From: Mobula hypostoma
Taxonomy: Eukaryota
Assembly (NCBI RefSeq): GCF_963921235.1
Contig: NC_086108.1
Location: 12,462,001 to 12,526,000, forward strand
Length of the DNA: 64,000 nt
Reading direction: 5' to 3'
Below the pieces are notes generated by a model. That model worked only from the letters and a program-made list of their open reading frames with translations, made no database searches and was not told the DNA's origin. Position 1 is the stretch's first letter. Every line of letters begins with the position of its first letter. Of this stretch, positions 13,230 through 26,550 are shown one piece after another. The position numbers were made by a program, and so were the translations under genes.

Positions 13230-13790
13230 GAAGTTGCATAAAATATTGGTGAGGCTTTATTTAGAGTATTGTGTTCAGTTCTGATCACAGTCCTAAAGCA
13301 AAGATGTAAATAAGGTTGAAAGAGTAGAGAAAAAAATACAAGGATTTTGCCAATTCTGGAGGGCCTGATTTATAAGGAAAGATTGAATAGGTATTCCTTG
13401 GAATATAGAAGATTGAGAGAAGATTTGACAGAGGTATACAAAATTATGAGATGTATCGATAGGGTAAATGGCTTTTTCCACTGAGGTTAAGTGAGACACA
13501 ACTAGAGGTCATCAGTTAAGAGTGAAAGATGAAAAGTTTAAGGGGAACATTGAGGGGAAACTTCTTCACTCAGAGTGTAGTGTGAGTGTGGAACCAGCTG
13601 CCAGCGCAAGTGGTGCATGCGAGCTTAATTTCGACATTTAGGGTATGTTTGGATAGGTACATGGATGGTAGCTGTAAGGAGGACTATGGTCCCAGTGCAG
13701 GTTGATGTGAGTAAGCATTTTTAAAGGTTTGGCATGGACCAGGTGAGATGAAGGCCTGTTTCTGTGCTGTACTTTTCTCTGATTATGACT
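13230..13790 (+). mobile_element. CR1 LINE 3' fragment
   Basis: 'agattgagaagagatttgacagaggtatacaaaattatg...cttcttcactcagagtgtag' CR1 C-terminal and 3' UTR pattern. Confidence 0.8.
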
Positions 13791-14136
13791 CTTATCTTGC
13801 TGTTGAGTGAAGTGAAGATAATGAAACAAAGGTTGGGAAGATGGAGATGGAAGAGCGAGTTTTGGGAGTAACAGAATAAATCCAGTACTGATATTCCTAA
13901 TGTATAACTGAGGGAACAGCAGCTTATCTAGGCTTGGATCTAGGAAAATGTCTGACAAGAGTCAGGGAAGGGACTGTGAGAGATGATTGATACATTATCT
14001 GTGCTTTGTACACAGCCATTGATACAGCGCAGAGCTAGACTGCCATTATCCACAAACTAAAGCTTCCCCCAATTGTGAAAACTTCTGATGTCAAATCTCC
14101 ATGGTGTATCCCAGAATGATCTAGAAAGATCTAGCA

Positions 14137-14999
14137 CAGGGGTTCCCAATCTATCTTATGTCATGGAGCTAAAGATGGCACCAGAGGGCAGCTTCTTCCA
14201 GTTCATCCACAAAACAGTTTAATTTCTTCTCTTTAGTGCCTTTGTTTTCCTTTTCAAGGTGGGTGGGGTCCTGTCAGAGTCCGTGATTTATGGCCACACT
14301 CCAACTACTGTTCCTCACAGCGATGGGTTTCCACTCTCGGAGCTCTGAGCAGTCTAGTGTTTTCAATATCTCCAGGAGTGGCTTGGAAGATGTGCATCTT
14401 TGGAGTGCAGCCCTGTGGATAACCTGATTCCCCACCAGTGTCGCTGACTGAAGTGCGTGGGAGAATGAAACATCAAGACAGCAATGTGTATTGTTGCTGA
14501 GATAAGCAGAGCTGCAGACTGTAACATGAAAACAGTGAGCAGTTGGCTTTCCCTTTCAGGAGTGATACCTCTCTCTCTCTCTCTCTCTCTCTTTCTTTCT
14601 CATTAGGGTGTGTGTGAGAGTGAGAGAGAGCCTGTAGAATATTGAAGTGTTGAGATGGACTGTGGGTTTTTTTGATGGACTCTAGATAGTTGTCTCTTTG
14701 AGGGCTTTGCTATTGCTTGTATGACAGGTGGGGAGGGGGGGCTGTCAGTGTTTTTGGCAAAGCAGGTGGGGGGAGGGTAGGGGGGGTGCTTGATGCTGCT
14801 CATGTGTGAGAGGGGGAGTGGATGCTTTCGGGTTCTAATGTTCTTCTGTCATTCATTCTTTTGGTTTTCTTCTGTTTTGTGGACGTCTGCAAAGAGTAAG
14901 AATTTCAGGTATACTATACACATTCTCTAGTATTAATTTGAACCACTGAACCATTGAACCACTACCGAGGAGTCTGTGGGCACCAGTTGGGAACCCTTG
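14137..14999. mobile_element. hAT-type MITE with 8-bp TSD ATCTAGCA, carrying a ~790-bp retroposon insertion (14170-14962)
   Basis: ATCTAGCA|CAGGGGTTCCCAA...TTGGGAACCCTTG|ATCTAGCA; uninterrupted 81-bp relative at 48879-48959. Confidence 0.85.
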
Positions 15000-15509
15000 A
15001 TCTAGCAAGAAGAATGGATGCCTCAGGTTGTACAGATGGATGGGTCATTTGTTGCTGTGGAGTCACTCGAGCCCAGATCTTAGACAGCAGCCAGCTGCCT
15101 TCCTTGGAAAGCCTTGGCGATTTGTGCATTAATATTGCTCCCCAAGATCTTTCTGGATTTATTGAAAAGTTTGCCTCTTGTTATATTGGCATTTGAGCTT
15201 GTGACCTTGGCCATTCAGTAACAAGTAACCACTCCAAACCAAAACACTTCACCTTCAATTCCTAACACTGATGCTCAGCTCTCCATTCTAAGCTTATAAT
15301 GATTCTACGTTAGCTTATGCTAGGAAAATACCTTGAGCATTTAATCAATATAATCAGAATCAGATTCAGAATCAGAATCAATATGATCGTCAATAGCAAC
15401 TTTCACTGGACAGGAAATTACCAGTGCTGTTTCTGCAACTCTCCCTGGGAAACAGAAAGGAAATTTGAACTGAGCTTTAGTGAGTCGGTGAATCAACAAG
15501 GAGGATAAG

Positions 15510-15895
15510 ACAATAAGACCATAAGATATAAGAGCAGAATTAGGCCATTTGGCCTATCGTGTCTGCTCCATCTTTCATCATGGCTGATCCATTTCCCTCT
15601 CTGCACCAATATCCTGCTCTCTCCCTGTATCTCTTCATGCCCTGACTAATCAAGAACCTGTCAACCTCCACCTTAAATATGCCCAATGACTTGGCCTCCA
15701 CAGCAACGAATTGCACAGATTCACCTCCTTTTGGCTAAAGAAATTCCTCCCCATCTCTGTTCTAAACAGACACCCCTCTATTCTGAGGCTACATCCTCTG
15801 GTCTAGACTCCCCCACCACAGGAAACATCTTCCCATATCCACTCCATTGAGGTCTTTCAACATTTGATAGGTTTCAGTGAGAACCTCCCTCATTA
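15510..15895 (-). mobile_element. CR1 3' end
   Basis: accataag tail repeats plus CR1 3' UTR. Confidence 0.8.
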
Positions 15896-16629
15896 TTCCA
15901 GCACAAATCAATACAGCAGAGGCACATCACACCTAACACAGGTAACGACTCCGGGACACGGTGAGGCATCTCTTTTGAACGCTTTCCCCCAGGATGAGGC
16001 TAAGGACCTCCAGGTCATGCTTTGCTGTCATTGCGGGTACAGAAGTCTAAAGGCACACGCTCAGCGATTCAGAAACAGCTCCTTCCCCTCGACAGTCCAA
16101 TTTCTGAATGGACAATGAGCACTACCTCACTATTTTTTTGTTTCTATTTTTGCACTACTTATTGAATTTAACTATGTATATATAATTACTGCAGTCGCAG
16201 CTTGTTCTCTCTATTATGCATTTGACTGTACTACAGCCACGAGCCAACAAATTGGATGCCATATGCCGGCGATATGAAGCTGATTCTGATTTTGAATCTG
16301 AAGGATTCTCTCCCATGTAAATGGTTCCTCCAGAAGCAGATCAGTTCATTTTACCTCGTCAAACCCCCAGCTCCAATGTAACATGGGAGTGCATTCATCA
16401 TTTGAAGTATGTTACCACAATGACTCAAAGGTTATGAATTCTTTGGGGTTAACTATGCCTCCAGGAAATCATTCATCAATCCCTTTGAAACTAGCTGCTG
16501 CTCTCTGCCTAGAGAACGATCTGAGACAGCAAGGTTTGATGAGACCTATAACATTTAAATTAGCTGACTCTCTAAGCACAAACTATATCATTGCAGAGTG
16601 CTGACTAGATTCATCATTTAATTTCAACA

Positions 16630-17075
16630 AAGTCTGAATATGCTGGAGATCCAGAGCAACACACATACCAAATGCTGGAGGAACTCAGCAAGCCAGGCAG
16701 CATCTATGGAGGGAAATAACCAGTCAACGTGTTGGGCCGAAACCCTCTTCAGGACTTCTTCTTCAAGGCGCCAGAATAGCTAAACTGGGGGAGGGGAAGG
16801 AGGCTGGCTAGATGCAGATAGGTGAAGGCAGGTCGGTGGGAAGAGTCAAGGGCTGGAGAAGAAGCAACCTGTGAGGAGAGGACAGTGGACCACAGGAGAA
16901 TGGGAAAGAGGAGCAGACCCAGGTGGAGGTGATAGACAGGTGAGAAGAGGTAAAAGGTCAGAGTGGGGAATAGAGGGGAAGAAGGAATTGATCATCATGC
17001 CATCAGTTTGGAGTCCACCCAGTCAGAATACAAGGTGCTGCTCCTCCACCCTGAGGGAAGCCTCATCTTGGCACA
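16630..17075 (-). mobile_element. PLE terminal fragment with decayed hammerhead (~16721-16756)
   Basis: Same family as 320-835. Confidence 0.7.
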
Positions 17076-17249
17076 ATCAAAATCAGATAGATGACGCAAT
17101 CGGCAATCGCCTCTGATCTGGGCCGACATTTACGTGCCGGGCGGCACCTAATTAATTAGCTTGTTTATTTCGGCTTTTTTTCTTAAAGATGTGCTGGGTG
17201 CATTCCGGCCACCGCTGTATTCTTCGCGGCCCGGAAGCTGGGGACCACT

Positions 17250-17882
17250 AAATTATATGTCACTTGTAAGTCAATAGCATCATAACATTTTAAGTAACGT
17301 TTGGATATTAAACAGACAGCGCATATTTTCCTGGTATGAACATATAAAATCATTGCAACGCACCAATACCTGTATCGCTGAGTCAGTGGGAGCCCTGGGC
17401 TTGTTTTCCTGCAACAAGACGGTCCTATCGAGGAGTGATGGGAGACAGCGATACTCGAAGGGGGTTCCTTATGTCCAGTCTATTCCACAATTTAGTTTTC
17501 GTTGCATTCATTGCTGAAAACTCTGCTTCGCAGAAAAATGTTGGAAATGGAAGCAACGTTTTCAGTGCTTCCATTGCTATCTCAGGATATTTAGCCTTGA
17601 CTTTGATCCAGAATGCCGGCAGAGATGTTATGTCAAGCATACTTTTCGGCTCGCCATAATTTGCAAGCTCGAGGAGTTGATCTTTTTCCCACGCTGACAT
17701 GGATGTTTCATCAGGGACATTCACAAATGGGTCACTGACCCATTCCTTTGCACGTCTTGGGTCACTGAGGACCTCGTGTGCGTTAAAATTCAACAGTGCA
17801 TGACAGGGAATGAGGAAAGGTGCAGCTGACTCATATTGCCAAATCATATCGTTTCCTTGCGGCCCGGTGGTTGGGGACCACT
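17250..17882 (-). mobile_element. Internally deleted hAT (Buster/Charlie/SPIN-like) transposon; transposase C-terminal dimerisation-domain remnant
   Basis: ORF 17425-17847 'WVSDPF...FWIKVKAKYPEIA..ALKTLLPFPT..CEAEFSAMNATKTKL.NRLD'; terminus 'ggttggggaccact' at ~17869-17882; a second CpG-rich hAT-type end at ~17075-17250. Confidence 0.85.
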
Positions 17883-18104
17883 CTTAGCATGAAGAGAGAC
17901 CAATCAGGATTGTCGCTCTCCCTCTCCTTCTACCGCTGAAAAAAAATCTATTTCTGGGATATTGTATATAATTTCCGGGCGTCAGGGAGCCACTATCGAT
18001 ATGCGGGAGACTCCCGGAACTTCAGAGAGTGGTGGATTGTCTGCCATCAAACGCTCCTCATATGATAAGCCTTTTTGTGTAGGCCATACACAGTGATTAG
18101 TAGG

Positions 18105-18826
18105 ACATAGGGGAGTGCAGTAGAACAAAGGGATCAGGGAATACAGGTCCATAATTCATTGAAGTGTCATCACAAGTAGATAGTGTCATAAAGAAAACTT
18201 TTGGCACATTGGCCTTCATAAATCAAAGTTCAGAGTACAGGAGATGAAATGTTATGTTGAAGTTGTATAAGACATTAGTGAGCCTAATTCAGAGTGTTGC
18301 GTGTAGTTTTGGTTACCTACCTACAGGAAAGATGTAAATAAGATTGAAAGAGTACAGAGAAAATTTACAAGGGTGTTGCCGGGTCTGGAGGACATGAGTC
18401 ATATGGAAGGATTGAACAGGTTAGGACTTAATTTCTTGGAGCATCGAAGATTGAGAGGAGATTTGATAGAGGTACACAAAATTATGAGGACTATAAAAAG
18501 GGAAAATGCAAGCAGGCTTTTTCCACTGAGGTTGGGTGGGACTACAACCAGAGATCATGGGTTGAGAGTGTGAAAGTAAAAAGTTTAAAGGGAACATGAG
18601 GGGAAACCTCTTCACTCAGGGTGGTGAGCATGTGGGACGAGCTGCAGGCGCAAGTGGTGCATGAAAGCTCAACTTCAACGTTTAAGAGAAGTTTATATAG
18701 GTACACGGTTGGTAGGGGTACAGAGGGCTGTGGTCCCATTGCAGGTTGATGGGAGTAGGCTGTTTAAATGCATCGGCACAGACTAGATGGGTCAAAGGGC
18801 CTGTTTCTGTTCTGTACTTTTCTATA
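18105..18826 (+). mobile_element. CR1 LINE 3' fragment
   Basis: 'MLPGLEDMSH..LEHRRLRGDLIEVHKIM'. Confidence 0.85.
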
Positions 18827-19379
18827 ACCATTTGCTGGCACATCCAACAATGCTTGTAACTCCAAGCATGTGAGTATATCTGTAAGACATTCTGTGAGAT
18901 GTGATAAACCGTTCAGTACTATCTGTGCCTTCACAGAATTACTTCGTATCTTATTTAATAACTTTTCTTATACACATCGATAAAGGTAAGCTCTTTAAAG
19001 TCTGCAACTTCAGTGTGGGATTGCAATCGAAATCACATCTTACTTGATGTCAAATATTATCACCTGGTTCCCAGAGGGACTCTATCTAGATTCTAAAGAT
19101 ATAATTTTGCTTGCTGTGACATATGGTATCAAATTGAAACTTGCACACTTAATACTGGTTAGAAGTAATGAAAATGTGAGTGGTGGAGATCACGACTGAA
19201 CTGAGGCAAGTGTGGAAACAAATCAAACAGCTCAAAGAGTTGGTTCAGAGAATGCTCACAATAAGACCAACATAAGTTGGCTGAAATCTCTTTATTAAAT
19301 GTTCAACAGGTCCAATTTTGGAAATTAATCAGGGGATCTAAAGGTTCAGAAGGCAAAAGAATTTCCAAAATGATCCTAC

Positions 19380-19700
19380 CACTAAACATATCTTTACTCC
19401 CCTCCTCCCTCTGCTTTCCATAAAGATCACTCCATCTACTAATCTCCCTCCTGCCCATTCACTTCCCTTCATTCCTTCCAGGTGAGCCTCGCGTCACCTG
19501 TGGACCTGCTGGGGTTAACTATTGTGTCCGGTACTCCTGATATGGCCTCCTCTTTATTGGTGAGAACCGTCGTAAATTGGAGGACCGCTTCGTCAAGCAC
19601 CTCCACACCATATGCAACAGGCGAGACTTCCTGGTGGCCAAAAATTTTAATTCTGATTCCCATTTCCATTCTGGCATGTCGGTCCATTGCCTCCTATGTG
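19380..19700 (+). mobile_element. Penelope-like GIY-YIG endonuclease remnant
   Basis: Translates YGLLFIGENRRKLEDRFVKHL...VAKNFNSDSHFHSGMSV (YIGET-like motif). Confidence 0.75.
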
Positions 19701-19804
19701 CAGCAGCTTTGTACTGTGGTGGACCTCTGACCATGGGTTTCTAGGATAGTCCTAGGAATGAGGATTACCAGTCGAAGGTTAGACCAGGGAACCTGAGGTA
19801 TTGA

Positions 19805-20301
19805 ATGCACCAACTACATACATCTGGTTGAGAACTTGCTTAATGCATACAAAAGCATGAAGTGCAACATGTCACTAAAGATTCATTTTCTGCATTCCTA
19901 TTTAGAGTCCCTCCATGCAAATCTCGGCGCTGTCAGTGACGAAGCTGATGAAAGTTTCATCAGGACATTGTGGTCGTGGAGAAACAGTATCAGGGCAACT
20001 GGAATCCATCAAAGCTGGCTGATTATTGTTGGACACTTAAGTGAGAAGTCTCAGACACTGAGTGCAAATGAAAATCATCAACAAAATATTTTTAGCTTAG
20101 TTGAACTTATTTTTAACAAAGCATCAACACCGTTCTGCAATGAAACGCATTATATTTAATAAAAGTTAATTTCTTGTTTCTCCAAATTCCTACATGATAC
20201 CAGCAGTCTGAAATTATATTTGTGTTTAGTTTCAATTGGTCTATCAATAAACAAAAAAATTCTGAGGAAGCAGAACTTTTGAAAAACTTTGTTGTCCAGT
20301 G
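19805..20301 (+). mobile_element. Chapaev3-like DNA transposon, transposase C-terminus plus right end
   Basis: 'MKCNMSLKIHFLHSYL...NLGAVSDE'; terminus ttgttgtccagtg; family assignment from recalled motif. Confidence 0.65.
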
Positions 20302-20669
20302 TCATGGGTCAGGAACTCACCGTAAAGGTCTATTGTACGTACATAACCTGTGTTAAAGGTTACGTACATGGCAGCGCCTCTACTTCCTGATGTGTTTCTA
20401 TTTGTTCCTGGTTCTGATGACATGCAACAATATGGAGCACTAACTTATTTTCATGTTCCACAGATCTACCTGACTGAATGCCTCCGGAACTTTGTTTATT
20501 GCAGACTTCTAATATCTGCAGACTTTTAACACACACAAAGGGTCTCAGCCCAAAAGGTCGACCATTTATTCATTTTCATAGCTGCTGCCTGACCTGCTGA
20601 GTTCCTCCAGCATCTTATGTGTGTTGCTTTGGATTTCCAGCATCGGCAGAATCTCTTGTGCTTATCAAC

Positions 20670-22105
20670 ATATTGATGCAGCTACAAAGAAGGTACAACA
20701 ATGGCTATAGTTCATTAGGAGTCTGAGTCAAAAGCAGTCTACAAGGGTACCATGGAGAGCATTCTAACCGGCTGCATCATCATCTGGTGTGAGTGCGGGT
20801 GGGGGGTGCTACTGCAGAGAGCTGTAAGTTTAGTCAGCTCTATCATGTGTACTAGCCTCCATAGTATCCAGGACATCATCAAGGAGCGACGTCTCAGGAA
20901 AGCGGCATCCGTCATTAAGAACCCCCATCACCCAGGACATGCCCTTTTCTCATTGCTACTATCAGGAAGGAGGTACAGGAGCCTGGAAGCACAGACTCAG
21001 GGATTCAGGGACAGCTTCTTACCTCTGCCAACAGATTTCCGAATGGACGTTGAACCCACGAACACTACCTCACTACTTCTTTATTTCTATTTTCACACTA
21101 CTTACTTAATTTAACTATTTTACTGTATATATTCTTACTGTAATTCTCTGTGCTTTTTTATTATTCTACATTGCATTGCCGCAACATCCACAAATTTCAC
21201 AACATTGCCAGTGATATAAAACCTGATTCAGATTCTGATCTGCAGCCCTGTTTCTTCTATTCCCTTAAAATCCAGCATTTCTATTGTGAAACATTCCCTG
21301 CACCTGAATAACACAGTACTTTTCAGATTCTTCAAGTTTTACTTTTATTTTTTGCTGGTTTCCTTTGATGTCTAAGATAAGTATGCATCTTAAAATTGGT
21401 GGTTAGTATCAATATTTAGAAATCTTCACAACACATAAATATAAAATAATTTCAGATTTCAACATGTAATGTTCCTGTCAGGCACCCAGCATGCTAATTT
21501 TCCTAAATTACCAGCTCTTTATAAACAACAGCTCACCCTATTTTGTAAATAGAATTACCTCTGAATAATTGTTGAAGTATTTTCTCATCGCTGAGTTTTG
21601 ATTTCCTTATGCACATTTGTCGGAGGAGAAGCGTCTCTAATCTGCTTACCAGAGTCAAATCAGAATCAGAATCTAGTTTAATATCATCGACATATGTCAT
21701 GAAATTCATTGTCTTTGTGGCAGCAGAACAATGCAATACATGATAACATAGAAAAAACTGTGAATTACAGTAAGAACGTATATAATAATTAGTTAAATTA
21801 AATAAGTGGTGCAAAAAATAGAAGCAAAAAAATAGTGAGATACTGTTCATAGGTTCCATTCAGAAATCAGATGGCAAAATGGAAGAAGCTGAGGTGTGTG
21901 TCTTCAGACCCCCATACCTCCTCCCTGTTGGTAGCAATGAGATCAAGGCATGACCTGGATGATGGAGGTCCTTAATAATGGATGCCGTCTTTTTGAGGCA
22001 TCGCTCCTTGCGGATGTCCCGGATACAACGGAGGCTAGTTCCCATAATAGAGCTAACCAACTTCACAACCCTCTGCAGCTTATTTCAATCCTGCACAGTA
22101 GCACC
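20670..22105. mobile_element. Two Rex1/Babar-type LINE 3' fragments (plus 20670-21238, minus 21657-22105), (ctgatt)n tails
   Basis: 'MESILTGCI..W', 'KAASVIKNPHHPGHALFSLL.SGRRYRSL'. Confidence 0.8.
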
Positions 22106-22312
22106 CCCCACCCCCCCACCACTAGCAGACAATTTTTAAATAGTTTTTGCAGCTGAAATGTGGAACTTTACAAGCAAATACTTCCCCAATATTTTGTTTT
22201 CAGTTAGTTATGGAGACAAACACTCAATGGCCACTTTATTGGAAACTTCCTGTATCTAATAAAGTGGGCATTGAGTCTACGTCCATGGTCTTCTGTTGTT
22301 GTAATTTATCCG

Positions 22313-23145
22313 AAGGTTCAAAGATTCAAAGTACATTTATTTATCAAATTATGCTTGCAGTATGCAATCCTGAGATTCACCTTCCCACACAAAACAAAGA
22401 AACACTATGGACCCCATTCAAAGAAAAATCAAACCCCCAATGGACAAAAGAAAGAACAAATCGCTCAAATGGTGAAAACTGCAAGTGAAAAGCACAGAGC
22501 ATAAAACATCAAACCACAAAGTCATCGAAACAGTCCGGGAATGTTCAGTTCAATCTAGCACTGTGTCACTTGCTGACTGCAGGACGCAGAGCCAGTCTGC
22601 CCCCGATCAAAATCACACAAAATAGCAATTAAAGAAAGGAGCACCCAGAAAACAGAAACACATCCTAATGTGAACTAAATGTCCAGTCCACAAACCACAT
22701 CAACTAACCTCACCCAAAACCCAAGACTCCAGAACCATCCTCTGTGAGCAGAAAGTGAGACATAGAGACTGGTCACTCACAAGCTGATGGAGCTGAGCAC
22801 CCATACAACTTCCGCTTCCTCTTTGATTTCAATATTCCTTTACACTGTAATTGGCAAGATTGGTAAGAGATGGAGTCGATCATGGGCTTGCGCCCCATCT
22901 CCAGCCTTCTTGGCTTCCTGACCATACACTTTGCTCAAAACCTCACCGAACTATCTCAGGGACAGGAAAGTACCAGATTGCTCAATCGGCCTGAAAGCAC
23001 CAGCAAACTGTAGGTCACAGGCTCCAATAGAAGCAGGATCATATGTGACAGAAGAAGAAGAAGAAGTAAAAGAAAAAACAGTTAGTTTCATTAACTGTCT
23101 GAAGATCATCACCTTTGGTTGAGTTGTTCGATGGTGCCATCTTCT
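22313..23145 (-). mobile_element. Non-autonomous retroposon inserted in a Tc1-like element (Tc1 pieces ~22220-22312 and ~23146-23225)
   Basis: ttgaatct tail and aagatggcacc head; flanks match the 27682-28214 family in reverse. Confidence 0.6.
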
Positions 23146-23327
23146 TCCATTTCATGGTTCAACGTGTTGTCGTATTGTGTATTCAGAGATGCTCTTCTGC
23201 ATACTACTGTTGTAATGTGCGGTCATAAGACCATAAGACTATAAAACCATAAGATGCAGGAACAGAATTAGGTATTCTCCACCATTCCACCATGGCTGAT
23301 TTATTATCTATCTCATAGAGTCAACGT

Positions 23328-23634
23328 GTTGGCGCATGGCCAAGTGGTTAAGGCGTCAGTCTAGTGATCTGAAGGTCGCTAGTTCAAGCCTCAGCTGAGG
23401 CAGGGTGTTGTGTCCTTGAGCAAGTCACTTTACCACACATTGCTCTGCGACGACACCAGTGCCAAGCTGTAACGGCCCTAGTGCCCTTCCCTTGGACAAC
23501 ATCGGCAGCACGGAGAGGGGAAACTTGCAGCATGGGTAACTGTCGGTCTTCCATACAACCTTGCCCAGGCCTGCTCCTTGGAAACCTTCCAAGGCGCAAA
23601 TCCATGGTCTCATGAGACTAACGGATGCCTATAA
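23328..23634 (+). mobile_element. tRNA-derived SINE with CORE-like centre and RTE-like tail
   Basis: A box TGGCCAAGTGG, B box-like AGTTCAAGCC, 'gtgtccttgagcaagtcactt', tail 'gagactaacggatgcctat'; second copy at 53630-53955 (minus). Confidence 0.8.
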
Positions 23635-25384
23635 AGAGTTACAGAAAAGTACAGCACAGACATAGGACCTTTGACTCACCTGGTCTGTGCTGAATGGTTT
23701 AAGCTGCCTAGTCCCATCGTCCTGCACTGGGACTATAGCCCTCCATGCCCCTACTAACCATTTACCTATCCAAACTTCTCTCAAACATTGAAACCAAGCT
23801 CACATGCACCACTTGCGCTGGCAGCTTGTTCCACACACTCACCTCCCTCTGAGTGAAGAAGATTTTCCTCAAGTTCCCCTCTTAACCCCATTCTTGAGAG
23901 ATTGAGCTGCCAAGAGTTTGCACTGGACAAAATATGGAGCTATTTTTGCGTTTTCTGTAAATATTGGCTTTTTTCTATTTTGTTATTTTCACTAATTTTT
24001 GTAATTTTGATTTTTGACACACCTAATAAATGCACTTGTACTATAGTGCGAAATGACTCCGGCCATTTTTTCTTCAGTCATAATGATATTCCTCAACAAT
24101 ATGTCCAAGGTGGAATTTCGACTCTCCCCCTGCCTCTCCTCTATCCTCGATCAAAGCTGACTTTCTCTGAACTACTTGGAAAGATAAGAAGTTGCAATGA
24201 GGTCTCCCTCTCTCTCATGAGATCTCCCAATGTCACCTGCGGTTTTGGGAGTAATGTTAGGTGGGCATGAATGAGTGAGGAGTGAGGAGAGGAGAGAAGG
24301 GGATAGCGATGAATTTGGAAATAATTCTCACATGTGGACGGCAGGGAATGGTTTAAGGGGAACAGAAGGATGAAGGTGATGAGTTGGGACCGAGTGTGAA
24401 AAGCCAAGAGTGAAGCAAGAGCAAAGACCCTTGTTCTCTGCTGTGAAGGTGTGACCACAGGGACAACACTGTGTTGGTTTTACTTCATGCTCTCCCTGAA
24501 GTTCCTGTTCCCATTGAGGATTTTTGGTCCAACAGGAACTTCCTCTCAGCCTCTGCACCAATCTGTACCAGGTTGGTTGCCCAAAGACCAAAGAGCTTAA
24601 CTTAGCATCGGCATCACCCTGAATAATGTTGTCTCTGCCACTCAGTCTGGTGGGGGCTTCAGCAGTCAAGGGCAGAGATTGTCTGGCCATGAGGAAAGGT
24701 AAGAGATGCAAAGTGTTCCTGTGTGGCCCCAACTCCAGCCTCTGTCCTCTTTCTCTGCCAGCATTCCTCTGCCCAATCTCACCACTGCATCTACTCCCTC
24801 CCTATGGCTTCTCGACAGCAGTGCACTTCCTTCTGGGTTCCACCACCCCACCACCCCACCACCCCGCCATTTCCACTCTCATTGTTAGAATTAAGACCAT
24901 AAGACATTGGAGCAGAATTAGGCCATTCAGCATTGAGTTTGCTCTGCTATGTAATCATGGCTGATCCATTTTCCTCTCAACCCCATTCTCCTGCCTTCTC
25001 CCTGTATTTAAACTGTCCAGATAGTGAGAACCTCTGTGACTGAACCTGATCTCAATTCCATCCAAATTCTGGCAGGTTTCTCTGGATACTAGGACCACAG
25101 AGGTAAGTCTGGGGAAACTGAGTGGACAGGATCCTGAGCTGCCAGTGTTCAACTGATGCCTCTCCACAAGGCAATCATAAATAAATAAATAAAACAATAG
25201 CACTGGAGACAGAACAATGAAGTCTCTCCTGGCTAAGTCCTGGGATGAGAAGATTGTCCTATCAAATAATTTAAATTGGTTGGGTCTGTTTACTTTAGTT
25301 TAGAACATTGATTAGTTTTGAGGCAATGATAGTGGAACAATTAATCTCTGTGTACCTTGTGTGGTCCCTGCCCTACAACAGTTC

Positions 25385-26550
25385 AGAGGGAGGCGCACTG
25401 CCATAGGGCAGTACAGAAGAAACTATGCATCTCTGTGCAAAGGGAGCCATGCACTGCCCCAGGACAGTTCAGAGGGAGCCGTGTATCTGTGTGTAGAGGG
25501 AACTGCACATTACCTCAGGGCAGTTCAGAGGGAGCCGTGTATCTGTGTGTAGAGGGAACTGCATATTACCTCAGGGCAGTGCAGAGGGAGCCGTGTATCT
25601 GTGTGTAGAGGGAACTGCACATTACCTCAGGGCAGTGCAGAGGGAGCCGTGTATCTGTGTGTAGAGGGAACTGCACATTACCTCAGGGCAGTGCAGAGGG
25701 AGCCGTGTATCTGTGTGTAGAGGGAACTGCACATTACCTCAGGGCAGTGCAGAGGGAGCCGTGTATCTGTGTGTAGAGGGAACTGCACATTACCTCAGGG
25801 CAGTGCAGAGGGAGCCGTGTATCTGTGTGTAGAGGGAACTGCACATTACCTCAGGGCAGTGCAGAGGGAGCCGTGTATCTGTGTGTAGAGGGAACTGCAC
25901 ATTACCTCAGGGCAGTGCAGAGGGAGCCGTGTATCTGTGTGTAGAGGGAACTGCACATTACCTCAGGGCAGTGCAGAGGGAGCCGTGTATCTGTGTGTAG
26001 AGGGAACTGCACATTACCTCAGGGCAGTGCAGAGGGAGCCGCGTATCTGTGTGTAGAGGGAACTGCACATTACCTCAGGGCAGTGCAGAGGGAGCCGTGT
26101 ATCTGTGTGTAGAGGGAACTGCACATTACCTCAGGGCAGTGCAGAGGGAGCCGTGTATCTGTGTGTAGAGGGAACTGCACATTACCTCAGGGCAGTGCAG
26201 AGGGAGCCGTGTATCTGTGTGTAGAGGGAACTGCACATTACCTCAGGGCAGTGCAGAGGGAGCCGTGTATCTGTGTGTAGAGGGAACTGCACATTACCTC
26301 AGGGCAGTGCAGAGGGAGCCGTGTATCTGTGTGTAGAGGGAACTGCACATTACCTCAGGGCAGTGCAGAGGGAGCCATGTATCTGTGTGTAGAGGGAACT
26401 GCACATTACCTCAGGGCAGTGCAGAGGGAGCCGTGTATCTGTGTGTAGAGGGAACTGCACATTACCTCAGGGCAGTGCAGAGGGAGCCGTGTATCTCTGT
26501 GCAGAGGGAACTGCTCTGCCTTAGGGCAGAACAGAAGGAGCCGTGTATCA
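25385..26550. repeat. 56-bp minisatellite, about 20 copies
   Basis: Unit agggagccgtgtatctgtgtgtagagggaactgcacattacctcagggcagtgcag; near-identical core, degenerate edges. Confidence 0.97.

Noticed and set aside
16330..16530. Minus-strand exon ending GAG|GTAAAA
   Set aside because: The frames examined hit stops before reaching any good acceptor
17425..17847. Domesticated ZBED/SCAND3-like gene
   Set aside because: Only a C-terminal fragment joined directly to a TIR end; it is an internally deleted hAT copy
23328..23400. tRNA genes (also ~42700-42772 and ~53880-53955)
   Set aside because: A/B boxes run straight into SINE bodies, and no proper cloverleaf is evident
25385..26550. CRISPR-like array or repeat-protein ORF
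   Set aside because: Units are contiguous and identical with no unique spacers, no cas genes are present, the context is eukaryotic, and the 56-bp period breaks the frame
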